Positions 11,182 to 23,789 of a DNA stretch of 64,000 nucleotides are shown here, one piece after another (within the stretch, counting starts at the first letter, position 1; each line of letters opens with the position of its first letter). The translations under genes and the position numbers were made by a program. The notes below the pieces were generated by a model. It was not told the origin of the DNA, ran no database searches, and saw only the letters and a list, made by a program, of their open reading frames with translations. The DNA is from Vicugna vicugna (Eukaryota): the NCBI GenBank assembly GCA_013265495.1, contig MU059756.1, forward strand, positions 310,001-374,000, given 5' to 3'.

Positions 11182-12231
11182 AAGTTCTGGTTCTTTTAAT
11201 TAAAGCCTTTCTTCCAATGCAATCATTTCGATTTATATTTTTTAAAAACGAAAGAGAAGAAAACCTTAAGGGTCTCTCTTTAATCTGTTTCAGAATAGCT
11301 AAGGAAGAGTATCATGTTAGGAATTCCTGAAAATGGAGTCATAGAAGGGCTTTATATCTTATGCTATGAAAATCCTTTTATGTAAACTGGAAAAAAAAAC
11401 AACCCATCAGATTCTGAATGAAAGCACAGGAAAAAAGAAGTCAGGGCTGATTTTAGTGGAGTCGCCCTAGAGAATGAATGCATTTTGACTGCATTACCTT
11501 CTGGGAACAAGTGAGGTGGTGATTCAAGGTCTAGTTGACACCTTACATTTTCACAGGAGGCTGTGTTTATGACTCCTTGCACCTATAGATTGCATCTTAC
11601 ACAGTATTGGATTCTGCTCTGTAATCTTGGTTCACTTAGCCTTCACATTCTCACTGCAGCTTCTTTTGGTTCAATTAGGATTTGCCCTCATCTCCGTTCA
11701 CTTTTACTCTTCTCTTCGGGCCTTGCTATTGGTGTTGCAGGAAAGAAAGGTTTCTTCCTGTTCCCATTACTGATGCTTTTATCAGTGGTCATTCTTTGCC
11801 TTCCCCTGAAGAATCTGCCCTCAAAGCACTTTACATCTGAACCTGGTTGTGATCGCTCTGCTTGGATGCACTTACATAAAGTGGGAGGAAAAATAGACCA
11901 CCTTGTATTCTCTGCAAAATGGCACTCCTCCCCTGTGTTGTCAGTCACTGCCAGCTGCCCCACCTTCATCCTTGGGGTTCAGTAAGAAATAATTGGGCCC
12001 CAGACATTTTGGGGTTAAGTTTTGTGCTTCTGTTTCTGCTACATAATTGGTTCATTAGCTTGCTTTGGTGTTAGTCAGCTCATCCCTGGATTAGTGAGCC
12101 GTTCCTCTGATTTTTTCCCACACTTATTGCAAAATTCAAGAGAATTACTATCATCTTTTTTTGGAACACAGGTTTTTTTTTTTTTAATTACTGTTGATTT
12201 CTTTCTGCTCTGTCAGAGCCTTCTTAAAGCC

Positions 12232-12650
12232 AAGGTTGCATAATCTATTTTGTGCCCTGGGTCCCTTTGATTGTCTGGGGAAACCTGTAGACCCCCTCTC
12301 ATAAAAATGTTTTAAATGTATCAAATAAGATAGTTACATGGTACTACAAAGGAAGCCAGTTATGTTGGAATAAGTTGTGAAAATATTAAATTTGATATAG
12401 TAATACGTGTCTTTTTAAAAGCTAATTAAACATCAAGATTCAGTGGTGACTCTAAGAACTACTTTAATTCTAAAACATTGATGATAGGTAAAGATGTTTT
12501 TTGATATCTTCAATAGTAATGTGACCGAAAAATCTCTGATTTCTTTTGGTCACAGATTCTGCTCATACTACTAGTTTATTAATTGAAGGAAATGATAGAC
12601 ATTAAATTTCAGAAATACGGGTGTAATTCTTCCAAGTTCACGGACACCTT
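12232..12650. mobile_element. Non-autonomous hAT-superfamily DNA transposon fossil
   Basis: Segments GTCCCTTTG...CCTGTAGACCCCCTCTC...TTACAAAGG-like...CCAAGTTCACGGACACC resemble a eutherian hAT MITE consensus as I recall it. Family not assigned. Confidence 0.55.
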
Positions 12651-12954
12651 CAGTGTGATCTCTAGATTCCCATCCATCTGCATATGATGCCTGCTTGACC
12701 TTTTGCTTTAGTTGACTTCGCCTCACCACAGCCCTCATCTGCGTGGACAGTGGTACCACCTTGTCTTTCCATCTCATTTCCTGGTCCTTCTGCCTCCTTT
12801 GCCTGACCCTGGGGTCAGACAAACTAACCCCATTCTTCAGTCTTGCCCATTGTGCTTGTAGATGTTTGTACAGCCCAAGAAACTCTTCACTTCCACCAGG
12901 TATTTTTTTGTTCCTTTCTGTTAGACTCTATTTAAGAGTCTCAGTCTGCATTAT

Positions 12955-13220
12955 TATCTCATCCATCCAGCCATTCATCGATTCATCCAATATTTATTGA
13001 GAGTCAACTAGGTGCCAGGTACAGATCTAGGCACTGGGGACATGGTGGAGAAATGCCATGTGACTAGAGCATGGAGACCTAGTTAACCTTAGAGGTCAGG
13101 GAAGGCCAGAAGCTGAGAGATTTACAATAAGATCTGTAAGATCTGGTGAAAGAGGGTTGCGGGGGTGAGGAAATGAAGGGGATGTTCCAGGCAGAATACA
13201 GCAGACACTTATCTACAGAT
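12955..13220 (-). mobile_element. L2 3' region
   Basis: ATTCATCCAATATTTATTGAGAGTCAACTAGGTGCCAGGTACAGATCTAGGCACTGGGGA is a reverse L2 tail. Confidence 0.7.
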
Positions 13221-13574
13221 AGGAAAGGAAACTGTTCCTCATAGTTAAATGACTTGTCAAAGCCACACAACCAGGAACCTGGGAGTCCTTATCTGTTCAG
13301 TCTGTACCATCCAAGGTTAGAAATGACATTATCCTCTGCAGTGCTCTGTGTCTATTGACTGTTACAGCTCATAGCTACATGTGGAACTAGCCAATCTGAT
13401 GTATCTGTTTATCTTTCCTTCTCAAGTTGGATATTCATTGAGGAAACTTCTGAGTGTGTTTGTGTGTGCGTGCTCATTTTAAACTCTGATGTAAGCTGAA
13501 GTTGAGACCCCGGATTGCACCCAGGAAAGACTTAACATTACATAATAATGATAATGATGATGATATGAAATGGT

Positions 13575-13780
13575 ATTAGTTAACATTTATTGAGCCTTCC
13601 CTGTGTACCAGGCTGTCTTCTATATGCTTTACACACATTCATTCACTTAATGCTCAGAACACTCCTCTAAGGTAAAGAATACTATTCAAGTACACAGGAG
13701 GGGAGTGGCTTGAGCTTACAGATGTATCTAGAACATAGTCAGGCTAGGATTTCAACCGTGGTAGAATGGCTCCAGATTCC
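13575..13780 (-). mobile_element. MIR SINE
   Basis: AACATTTATTGAGCC...ATGCTTTACACACATT...CACTTAAT is a degenerate reverse MIR. Confidence 0.6.
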
Positions 13781-14187
13781 ATTTTCTCAAATTACTAAGT
13801 CCTATACTCGTATATACTTCCGCTTGTGTAAAACTTGGATAATAGAGGGACAAGAATTTGCACGAAACCCTTTATGTATAACCTATTCCTTTGGTCACAT
13901 GGCATTTTAACTCATTATGGCCAAAGTTATCATCAAAACTTTTCTGCCCAAAATTACTATGTCGCTGTATAATATTTTTTCAGTGAGTTCCTTGAAGGTT
14001 TACGAGGCCTTCAAACCTCACTTTTTCCTTTCTCCCTGATTTTGCCTGGCTGTGATTCATTGCCTGATTGGTGCTTTCACCACCCACCTCTGTGGTCCAT
14101 CACTTGCCAAGGAGCTCAGCTCCTAGAAAAAGAAAGGACAGCCCTGACACAGGTTGAAAGTGCCTGTCAAACATAGATTAAAGAGAA

Positions 14188-14218
14188 AAGAACAAAACAA
14201 AACAAAAACAAAAACAAA
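14188..14218 (+). repeat. (AAAAC)n A-rich tract between 13-bp direct repeats
   Basis: AGATTAAAGAGAA at 14175-14187 and 14219-14231. Confidence 0.85.
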
Positions 14219-16809
14219 AGATTAAAGAGAATTTGCATTTAAAGAAATCAACCCCATTAGCAGAGCTTTTTAGCTGTGTCTCAGTTAAATTAAGTCATTT
14301 TTGAGAAATGTTTTCTTCTTGTAGTTTGAGGCTTGGTCCACAGCTCTCATCCTGCGTTGGGGTTGGTACAGTTGAGCTGTGATTTATTAGGCACAGATTG
14401 AAGATTTCATGTGGAGCTTGGTTTTCCTCATGCTCATGCAGCCAAATATTTTTAATTGTGTCCAAGAAAGGGTCCAGTTGAAAATTAGAAGATATTACTA
14501 AGTGAAATATAATTATGTCTTGAAGATACCTGACAGCTGTTGTTTTAGGTGCTGAATTGCATATCTCAACTCATACTTTTCCTTCACGTCTCAGATTTGA
14601 AGACTTAGATTATCCCATTATCTGCAGAGGTTACTTAAGGATACTAAGTGACTGGAGGTTTTATTCAGAAGGAGAACTAGAGGTAAAATCAGAAACTCAA
14701 GTACTAATATTTAGGGCAGTATTAAAAAAAGAATATGGTAATTGGGTCAGTTTATATATGTATGCGTGTGTATGAGAAGACACATGCACTGGAAAAGGGA
14801 AAACTTTTTTGCGTTATACTCTAATACTGACACATTAAAATAGTGCTTTATAGAGGAGGAATGAGCCTTAGAAGGTTGGATGAGTTGACCAAGGGGCTAT
14901 GGGGAGTGAGGACAGAGCCAGGATTGAAACACATGGTTCTGGCTTCAGGTACACTTGACCTTTGCCTTCTGGCCAAGCAGATGTCGAGAAGGATCCACTG
15001 TGTCAAGAGAAAAAAATGGAAAGAGAAGGTGCTCATCTTGGGGGCTGATATGGTATAGTTGACTATGGATTTAAAAAAAAAATGGGTTTAGTACAACCCT
15101 GGGCTTATCAGCTTTGTAACCTGTGTAAGTTACCAGACCTGGGGCCTCAAGTTCGGAAATCCTCATACCTGACCTGAAAGGTGCTGTAGGGATGAGCTTC
15201 CCAACCGCCTCTGAGATTAACTGAAATCATGTATGTGTCAGTCCTGGTGCTTGATAAATGTGAAATTCCCTTCTCTTTCCTTTGCATACAGATCTGTTAG
15301 TTGTCTAAATTTTTCCTGATGGCATTATTTGTTGTCTGTGGAGTCCTCTCTGTATTATAAAATCTTATTAAAAAACCATTTTAATATGTGCAGCAAGTAG
15401 ACTTAATAAGTAAAAAAAAAAAACAGAGCTTTTGTATGTTTAAAGTATCTTCCAGGAGGTTTTTATCTGGCCAAATAGTTCGAAGCTTTGTGAAGCCATG
15501 AAGATGCCCTTTTCAGTTTAGCTTTTAAGAAAATAGCGAAGATGTAACATAAACACCAAGAGAAATGCTGAGATACTAACATCTCATCCCATTTATCTTG
15601 TGGCTGTGAATATTTATTTAGCATTGTTGTGATTTTTGTTGTGGAGTGGTTAATGTCCAGACCAGTTCTACATAATGGAAAGCTAACCTCAAGTAGGAGG
15701 AGGATAAATGGGTTTAAAAAAAAAAAAAAAGACTAGCAGAGGTCGCTGTGGTTTATAAAAAGGAAGTTGTCGGGGAGGAGATTGATGACTGAGGACTAAT
15801 AGACCAGGGGTAGCTGGTGCAGGGTTTCAGTGCAGACCCTGAGAGTGCGGGGTGGTGGGTAGAATGGGAAATATCATTAATGGATAATAAATATATTTTG
15901 TTTATACTTGAGTTCTTTATGTTTATATGAGGAAAGATTAGATTACAGATTTATTGTAGCTCATTCCCCAAAATATCTGGAAGTGAATAAAAACTGTATA
16001 ATCCTCTATTACTCATATTAACAGTGTAGGGGAGGCAGGAAGAGGGTGTGTGTGGATGATACAGAACAATGAATAAGGAAAAAACCACTGAAGGCTGACA
16101 GGCTCCCACAGAGTCTTCTCTGTCTTCTGCCTGACCTTCCTGGCTGGACAACGCTGGACACAGCTGAATCCTTAGCATAAGGAAAGGAGATGGGACGGAA
16201 GGGACAACTCAGATGCCACTGACGATTGATGATCTTAAATGAAAAAAAGAAATCTCCCAACATTGCTCCCCCCCAAAAAACCCCTATTTTTCTCTCAACG
16301 TCCCACATTCAGTGTAATACACTTACAAGCCTCTAATGCCTGACTTGATCCTCACTGCGATGATTAGAGTCGGATGTTTAAACACACTAGGCTAATGTGC
16401 TTTGACTTGGCCACAGCCAAGCCTGTAAATCCATATGGCAGATACTGGGTGACTGCCATTTTTGTTATGAGCATAAATTATGTCGGACCTGGAGCCTAAT
16501 GTAAAATTGTGCATCATGTTGCCTTGTCAACTAATCATCACGGAAGCCTTTGTTTGATGTTGGTCCTGACTGTCTAATTTCCAGAGAATGAAATGCAGTA
16601 AAAGGTGCCAACTTCAAATTCAGATGTCAGCCAGACATGATGATAATGTTATATAAACTTATGCTTTAAGACAACGTAAATCTCACAAGTGGTTCTCAAT
16701 ATATAAAGAGTAAAACCATTCAATGCTCTTAAAGAATGTGCTGCACATATGGCACTCAAAATATTCAAAAAAGAAAATGTTATTGATAAAGTGGAAAGTA
16801 AGCATAATA

Positions 16810-17030
16810 GAATGATTAGGAGTGTGGGATTTGAAACCAAACCTTAGTCTGAGTCTTGGTCTGGCCTCTCGCTAACTGTTTCATCTCTCTCAACCTCATT
16901 CCCCCCATGCATACGATGAGGGTAGCGTAATATCTGTTTCATAGAGATGTCGGGATGATTAATTGAGATGATGTGTATTATAGGCTTTAGCCTAGCATGT
17001 TGTGAGTGCTCAAGAAATGCAGTTAGTAAT
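16810..17030 (+). mobile_element. MIR SINE (degenerate)
   Basis: ...GATGATTAATTGAGATGAT...GCCTAGCATGTTGTGAGTGCTCAAGAAAT is the MIR 3' part. Confidence 0.55.
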
Positions 17031-18436
17031 AATATAAATAGATAATAAAGTTATCACTCTTAACATCTTGGGTTTATAGTACCTTCCTGAAGATGGAGAG
17101 GGATTCACACCTGTTGCTGTTACTGATGTTGTAGAGTATACTTATTTTTGTCTCTTAGTGCCCTTGAAAGCAATGTGGAGATGCCAATAGTATGTCCTCG
17201 AGGTTTATTATTGGGAGGTGACCTGATAGTGATTTTTTTTAACATCCAATTAAAGTGAAATGTTCTTTAAACTTTCCCTTCCCTCTCTTGTCCCCCTCCC
17301 TCCTTGAAGAGAACTTTGGTGGTAATAATGTCTATATGATTTTCTTGTTGTTGGAATAAATGATCTAAATTCGTTGAGTGTATGAAACAGCATGTCGCAG
17401 GGGAAAAAACAGGACTAGAAGTCAGAAGTCTGAAACCGCCCTTGCCTACGCCTCTGTCCTTCAGCTTTGGAGGACAGATTGTGGAAACATCACCAGCTAT
17501 TTGCTGCTTCTGTGGCTCCAGTTAGTCATTGCTTTCTTTGTCTACGTGTCTGGTGTTGCTATTAGTGTGCATGCACGCTATGATGCTTGGAACGCCATAT
17601 GGTTATTAAAAAAAAGGCAGTTGCCTATCCATGAGACTGTGAGTTCTTTGAGGGTATTTTATGTATCTTTATTTTCCCAGTGCCCAGCAGAGAGCCTCGC
17701 ACTGAACACCAGCTTGGTTAACACTTTTCGAGTGATCACATGGCCAGAATCAAGGCATGACTTCAGGCTTTCTTGCTGGGTGGTCTTGAGAAATTTACTT
17801 ACTTTTAAAACCCACAATTTCCTTGTTTCTCACATGAGCATCACACTTGATTTGTCCCCTATAAATCATCGATGTAAACCCCAATGAAGCAGTGTGTTTT
17901 ATGTACATCGCAAAATGTTGGACAATAGAAGATAATTTTAAAAAGTCATAATGTTGAAATCTAAGCTCTAATCTTTACTGTGATATGGTTCATAATAGTG
18001 AGAATTGGAAACTTTTGTCACTAGGACGTTTGCTAAATAACTGACACTACACATGTAACATCTATTACTGGGCAGCTGATAATTTATCGACATTTTCATT
18101 ATGTGCCAGGTCCTATTCTAGGCATTTAAGAAATATCTCATTTAATCCTTACAACATTGCTCTCCAATCTGAGTGCCATTTTCCTAAACATTCAGATGAA
18201 GTAGAACTACACTGAATAGCTTGGAAGGAGATACAGAACATTTTGGGTGTGGATGAGAAGCAGGCTGGGGAACAGTACGTAGAGTGTTGCATACATTTAC
18301 TAAGCAGAGAAGAAACACCCCTTATAGGTCATCCACCAAAAATTAACAGTGTAATTTATGCAGAAGCTTTTCTCTCTATAGGGTAATTTTCTGTTTGGTT
18401 TGAAAAAAATATTTTATTGTGAGCATGTATTATTTT

Positions 18437-18545
18437 TTATTTTTATTTTTTTAAATTGAGTTATAGTCAGTTTACAATGTTGTGTCAATTTCTGGTGTAC
18501 AGCCCAATTTTTGAGTCATACATGCATGTACATATATTCATTTTC
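18437..18545 (-). mobile_element. Short 5'-truncated lineage-specific L1 3' end
   Basis: Reverse complement aligns by eye with 35600-35700. TSD AGCATGTATT(A/G)TTTT at 18422-18436 and 18546-18560. Confidence 0.85.
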
Positions 18546-19025
18546 AGCATGTATTGTTTTGTAGTTAATAAAATAAAGCAGTACATGACAGCTTTCAACC
18601 AAAGAAACTTTTGTTTTCTTCTTCAAAACAAAAGATGCCCAGGATTTCTTGGATTTCCCACCCCCTGCCCACCATTTTCATTAACAGTGTGGTCTCTCCA
18701 GGGGTCTGTCACTGAGGTTTATGTGTCAGCGAAGTCGCCAGGCTTCCCAGAGCCACACTGGGCAGCGAGGGGGCAGACCCTGTCGTCTGATTGGCTAGCC
18801 TCCTGGGCACCTGCACCTTGTTGCTGGTGGGATTCCACCTCTCACTGTTGCCTCAGAAACTTTTGTCACCACAGAACTTTCTCACACTTACTGGCCCAGA
18901 TGTTTGCTGAATTCCAGGGCTAGTGTGTGTGGTCAGGCAGCCAAATTCCAATTTTAGAATGTTGCTTGTGACCGTGAAACTCTGTTAACTCAGGCTTTGA
19001 AAGGCCTGACAGGGTGAGTGAGTGA

Positions 19026-19047
19026 GTGTGTGTGTGTGTGTGTGTGT
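19026..19047. repeat. (GT)11 microsatellite
   Basis: Direct reading. Confidence 0.95.
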
Positions 19048-19439
19048 TGTGTTGGGGAAGAGACAGTAATGAAGAACCATCAACAAGCAATTTCCAACCA
19101 GAGAATGAACATATATTTTGATTTCCAGAGGTTCTGAATGTTAGCAGTGAGAAAACAAAGGTATCTGAAAGGTCGAATGGCCCTGGAATTTTGTCACCCA
19201 CATTTCACAAAGGATTGCACTAACATTTCTTTTCCCCCCAGAAAGACACAGTGCTTATTTTGCCTCTGAATTTCCAGTTACTTCACAACTTCCTTTAGTA
19301 ATGTGTCTCAGAATTTGACATTATTTACAAGTCACAAAGTTTTTTCTAATGCCTAAAATAAGCCTTTCTCCTTCTAAAACTTATAGAGGCGCTTACATTT
19401 TGTTCCTTGGTTCCTTCCTTCCTTCCTCTCATTCTTCAG

Positions 19440-19750
19440 TGTCTCTTCTTTGACAGGCATTGTTACTAGCTTTGGGGCTACAACTTTGAACCAGAGAGGC
19501 AGGTTCCCTTGCTCTCAGAAACTGATATCCTATAGGGGACAGACAATAAATAAATTAAAGAAGAATTTCAGATACTATTAAGCACTATGAATAAAACTAA
19601 ATATGATAATGTGATCAAAATGGGCCTGAAAAGTGGAAGGGGGAGGGGACTTCCTGATTTCGATTGGATGCTCTGGGAGAGCTTCTCTGTGGAGCTGACC
19701 TGGCAGGAGACCTGAATGACGGGAAATTATGGGAAAGACTGTTGGCAAGA
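19440..19750 (-). mobile_element. L2 3' region
   Basis: AGGCATTGTTACTAGCTTTGGGGCTACA...CCCTTGCTCTCAGAAACTGATATCCTATAGGGGACAGACAATAAA is a reverse L2. Confidence 0.7.
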
Positions 19751-20689
19751 CCTGGGAGCGTCGTTTTCCCCCATTGTAAATGGTGGCGGGTGGGGCAGGA
19801 GGAGGATACCTATCTCATAGGTTGGTTGGGGTTAAGTGACATGACATGCAAGGATACCTGACACTGTGCTTGGGCTCATAAAAGCCTTAAATGATAGTAA
19901 TAGTAGGGCTTTAAAAAAATACCCTTCCCCACACCACAGCTTTGCATGTCCATTAGTTGAAGTAGTCACAGTATCATCTATATGAAAATCTGTTGGCAGT
20001 AGAGGCCAGAGCAGAAGGTCTACAAGAGCCGTACTTTGGGCTTACGGAATAGGACCGAACAAGATCATGCAAAAATCTAGCCTGGCTCTTGAGCTCACTG
20101 GACGGGTTAATTTTCTTCCATTATTTGCCAGCTTTATTTCAAGAATTGGCTGCAACTTAGTTATTTGATAGATGAGTTGGACGTAGGACTTCACCAGATG
20201 AACCACGCCTTAGATTTACTTAACTCGATTCCTTCTCCCAAGGAGATGAGTTGCAGGAAGCCCTGAAGGCAGGACCAACACGCTAGCTAGCCTCAGGAGA
20301 CTCCTGAGATATGCTCAGCTCTTGGCAGGTCCCGCACTGAAACTCCCAAGTTCTTCAGTGTAAAGCGTGGAAGAGATGGCTTTGGCTTGCAAAGATTTGA
20401 CAGCAGGTGTTACCTTGTAGCTGCCAAGTGCTGGATGACAGAGATTCCTCATTGCAAGAATGCTGCAGAAAGCACATTTTGCTGTACGTGGGCCAATTTG
20501 AATTTATTCTAACTAGATGTAATTGTTGTAGACTTTATTTCACGAGCTGCCTTCAAGGTTTACTGGAGTGATAGAACAATAACTAATGCTCCCATTTGTC
20601 TAGCATATACACCTTGACCTGGCTCTTTGGCCTGACAGCAATCCTGGTGTTTGTTAGGCTCAGCCCAGGAATGCCACCCCCAGTAGTGT

Positions 20690-20900
20690 GGCAGTGTCAG
20701 TGAGGGCTATTGATGCTGTGATGCTGGACTTCCTGGGGTTGAATCCAGGTTCGATCACTAGCTGAGAGGTGCTGGTTGACCTATTTAACTACTGTATGAC
20801 TTGGTTCCTTGTTGCGAAGTAAGGCTCAAAGTACTCATCTCAAGGAGTGATGTGAGGATTAAGTTAATATATGTAAGCCCCTTAGAGGAATGCCTGGGCC
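20690..20900 (+). mobile_element. MIR SINE
   Basis: GGGGTTGAATCCAGG...GTGATGTGAGGATTAAGTTAATATATGTAAGCCCCTTAGAGGAATGCCTGG. Confidence 0.65.
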
Positions 20901-21714
20901 TGAACCAAGGTTTTATAAGGGGGGAGATGGAGACTCCAGAGGTCACACTGCTGGCTTGAGTGAGCACATTTGCACAACTGGGACCCAACATGAATCTCTT
21001 GATTGTAAGTCTAGTAACCTTTCTACTTCTTCTTGTGTTAAACAGTTGTTGGTTATGATTTTAAAACAGACTCAGAAAGTGGCATATTAGGATATTTCGG
21101 ATTATTGTAATAAAATAGCACATTAGCATCTGTGCTGTTAACTTTGCATATGGGGAAACTGAGGTTCATAGTGGTGAATTTGAAATGACTCCTGATGTTG
21201 TCTTGTTTGTTTTCCTTTTAAATGCCATAGTCTTTTTATATCTGCCTCCTAATTTTATAATGAGTGTGAAAAGCATAATGCTAAAAATGATATCTTCAAT
21301 ATTACAATCAAATATTGTAATTGAACTTTCCCTTGAGGCAAAACTAAGAATATGACTTTAAAAATGAACTGGAAATGTATACATCGCAATCAGCATTTTC
21401 TTTTCCAAAATGGAGTCACAGACTTTCTCACTGACACTGTCATTCCACAAATATATCTCAATTTCTCCTTGGAAATTATCTGAACAATCAGCATTATCTA
21501 ATTTTAATATTAATCTTTTAAAAATACAAAAATTATTTGAGGACACATTTGGTAAAAAAAAAACAAATGGGAGAAAATTACTCAATATTTTTTTCAGAAA
21601 CAGAAACTGGCGTCAAAAGTAAAATAAGAAAATGGTAGATGAATCATCAATTTGGGGTTAAAAAGCTAAAGGCGTGGCAAGATTGTGATTTCCGTGTGCG
21701 CTCCCAGCAGATAG

Positions 21715-21857
21715 ATGGAAGATTTCACACGGTGTTCTCTGTCACCATGGCTGCCTCAAGTGCAAGAAGTGAATTCCCTGCCAGGAGGCCACTCTGAAGC
21801 TGGCATCATGGGGTGCTTGACGAACATCGTCAGAAACCCTCTGTGCGGTATGAAGAG
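21715..21857 (+). other. Candidate coding first exon (MEDFTRCSLSPWLPQVQEVNSLPGGHSEAGIMGCLTNIVRNPLCGMK), host gene unknown
   Basis: Open frame from ATG 21715 (in-frame ATCATGG at 21808) to the donor AAGAG|GTAAAG at 21858. 7 CpGs in about 180 bp. Confidence 0.25.
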
Positions 21858-23419
21858 GTAAAGGAGAGTCAGCAAACTTATGAACTGGCTTGAAGGCATT
21901 ACTTTTCTTTCCAGGGGGAATTGACTAAGGGAAAGCCTTTTGGCTTTGACTACAGCCATCTACAAATGGAAACATTTGAATTTCTTGAAGCCTGGGAGAG
22001 AGTTTTGGGTGGGACACACACCAACACAGTCGAGAGGCTGTTAAAGTGAATTCTGCAAATGAGTAGAGAAATGATTTGCCTTAAATCTAAGGCTGATTGT
22101 CTTGGGTATCAGTAAGTCCTGCAGAGTTGTGAGGAGAGCACGAGGCGGTATGGAGTTGGGCTTGGAGGTTGGGGGAGATGTGAGAAGCCATGGTGGTGGT
22201 CTGTTGGGAGAGGTAGGGGAATGGGTAAGTTGTGGGCTTCCAGAGAATTTCCTGGAGGAGGGAAGAAGCAGAGTTAGCCAAGGAGGGGATGTCCTGAGGG
22301 TGCCCGCAGACCAACTTGTAATCCCCCGATTTGCTGCAGGCGCACCATGGACACACAGGAGACGGGCCGTGTCTGCCTGGAGTCACAGACTGGGGACTAG
22401 CAAGCTCAGGCCCTTCCCTGCTTCAGTAACACATGTACAAAACCACCGATTTTCATCAGCCGTTCAGGACTGAAGCTCTCACTTCATTGGCCTGAGGCAG
22501 GGCACTCTGGATGTAGTAAATGGCTTGGAATGTGACCCTTGTACATTTTCCTAAGCTTTCATATCAGACATATCAAAGTCAGACGTTTGTCTCACAACAG
22601 ATTTAGTCTAGGATTTCCAGTTGTAGCTGTGACAGTGGTTGTTAACTTTCACAACTTATTTCGCTTATACTTTAAATTGAGTCTGAGGCAGGAATTTTTG
22701 CAGACATCAAATATGGAAATGCATGATCGTGTTCAGGAAATTTAAGCATCAGGAGATGATTTTTAACATGGGATAAGAATAAGTTTCTGTTTCAAGGCTG
22801 ACATCATCATGAAGAATACAAGCCAGGAAAATGCTACAAAAACATCTAAATTCAAAAGACTCTTCCAGTTAACCTGTTCTACTTGGGAAGAGAGTTCTTC
22901 TATCCAGGAAAAGAAACATGTGCATTAGTCTTTCTCGGTTAGACTGAAGCCTTAGCTGGGAAAAGAAAAGGAAAATGAACTTCTCTGTGACCTAAAATAA
23001 GTACCCAATCTCTCTACACTTTAGTTTCCTCAGGTCGAAAATAAGGTTAATATTAGTGTCTACATTACTGGATTTTTCTGAGAATTAAATAAAACATGTA
23101 TAGCGCCTAGCATATAAGTATACAGTGAATGTAAAAAAAAGGTGTATGACGCGCTGCTCTCAGTCAGTAGTAAGCGGCAGTCACTCTCTTATGCTGGGGA
23201 AAAGGGGAATCACAGAGCTCAAGTCCCGTCCTCATGGCCACATATTTACGTAAAGGGGGGACTGGGGTTCAAACCAAATTCCTTCTGACCACAGAAGCTC
23301 GTATTCCTCCCACTGCACTTCCTTTTTCTGATTAACGAATGCTGTATCAGTGAGTGAACAGTAAATTCATGAATTTCATTAGCTTTTATTGGATATCATG
23401 CTCTGGGTCCACTGTGTCT

Positions 23420-23600
23420 TAGCTGAGTAAACTTATGTGAGTTATTTCACACCTTTCTGTACCTCAGTTTCCTCATCTGTAAAGTGGGAGTGAGACTGGT
23501 ATCTGTATATGGGATTGTATGAGTCTTCAATGAGTTTTAACACATAAAGTGCTTACCGCAATGCCTGGCACACAGCATATGCTCAAGAAATGGTGGTGAT
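23420..23600 (+). mobile_element. MIR SINE
   Basis: CCTCAGTTTCCTCATCTGTAAAGTGGG...AAAGTGCTTA...ATGCCTGGCACACAG is the MIR core and tail. Confidence 0.8.
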
Positions 23601-23789
23601 TGCTGGTTTTGTTCTCAGCACTGTCATCGTTGATGGTTTAGTGTTGGTTCCCGGACTCTGCTTTCAGTGTGAGCTTCCAGCACTCTGACTTCTGCTTTGG
23701 TTGAGGTGGTGGGTCTGGCACTCTCCCTCCAGGCATCACCCTTTTTCTGATATGAGCCACCAGAATTGCAGGTGGAGTGTTTGTTAAGA

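Noticed and set aside
11563-11985. Overlapping 140-aa (+) and 93-aa (-) ORFs, considered as a processed pseudogene
   Set aside because: I could not match either translation to a known protein, and I saw no poly(A) tail or TSDs.
17378-17887. Longest ORF in the track (169 aa)
   Set aside because: No methionine start in the DNA (GTG), no recognisable domain, no splice context; a length expected by chance in 64 kb.
22102-22473. 123-aa Gly/Val-rich ORF and near-G4 at 22206-22236
   Set aside because: Purine-rich decayed-repeat-like sequence; one G4 loop exceeds 7 nt and the peptide is unrecognisable.
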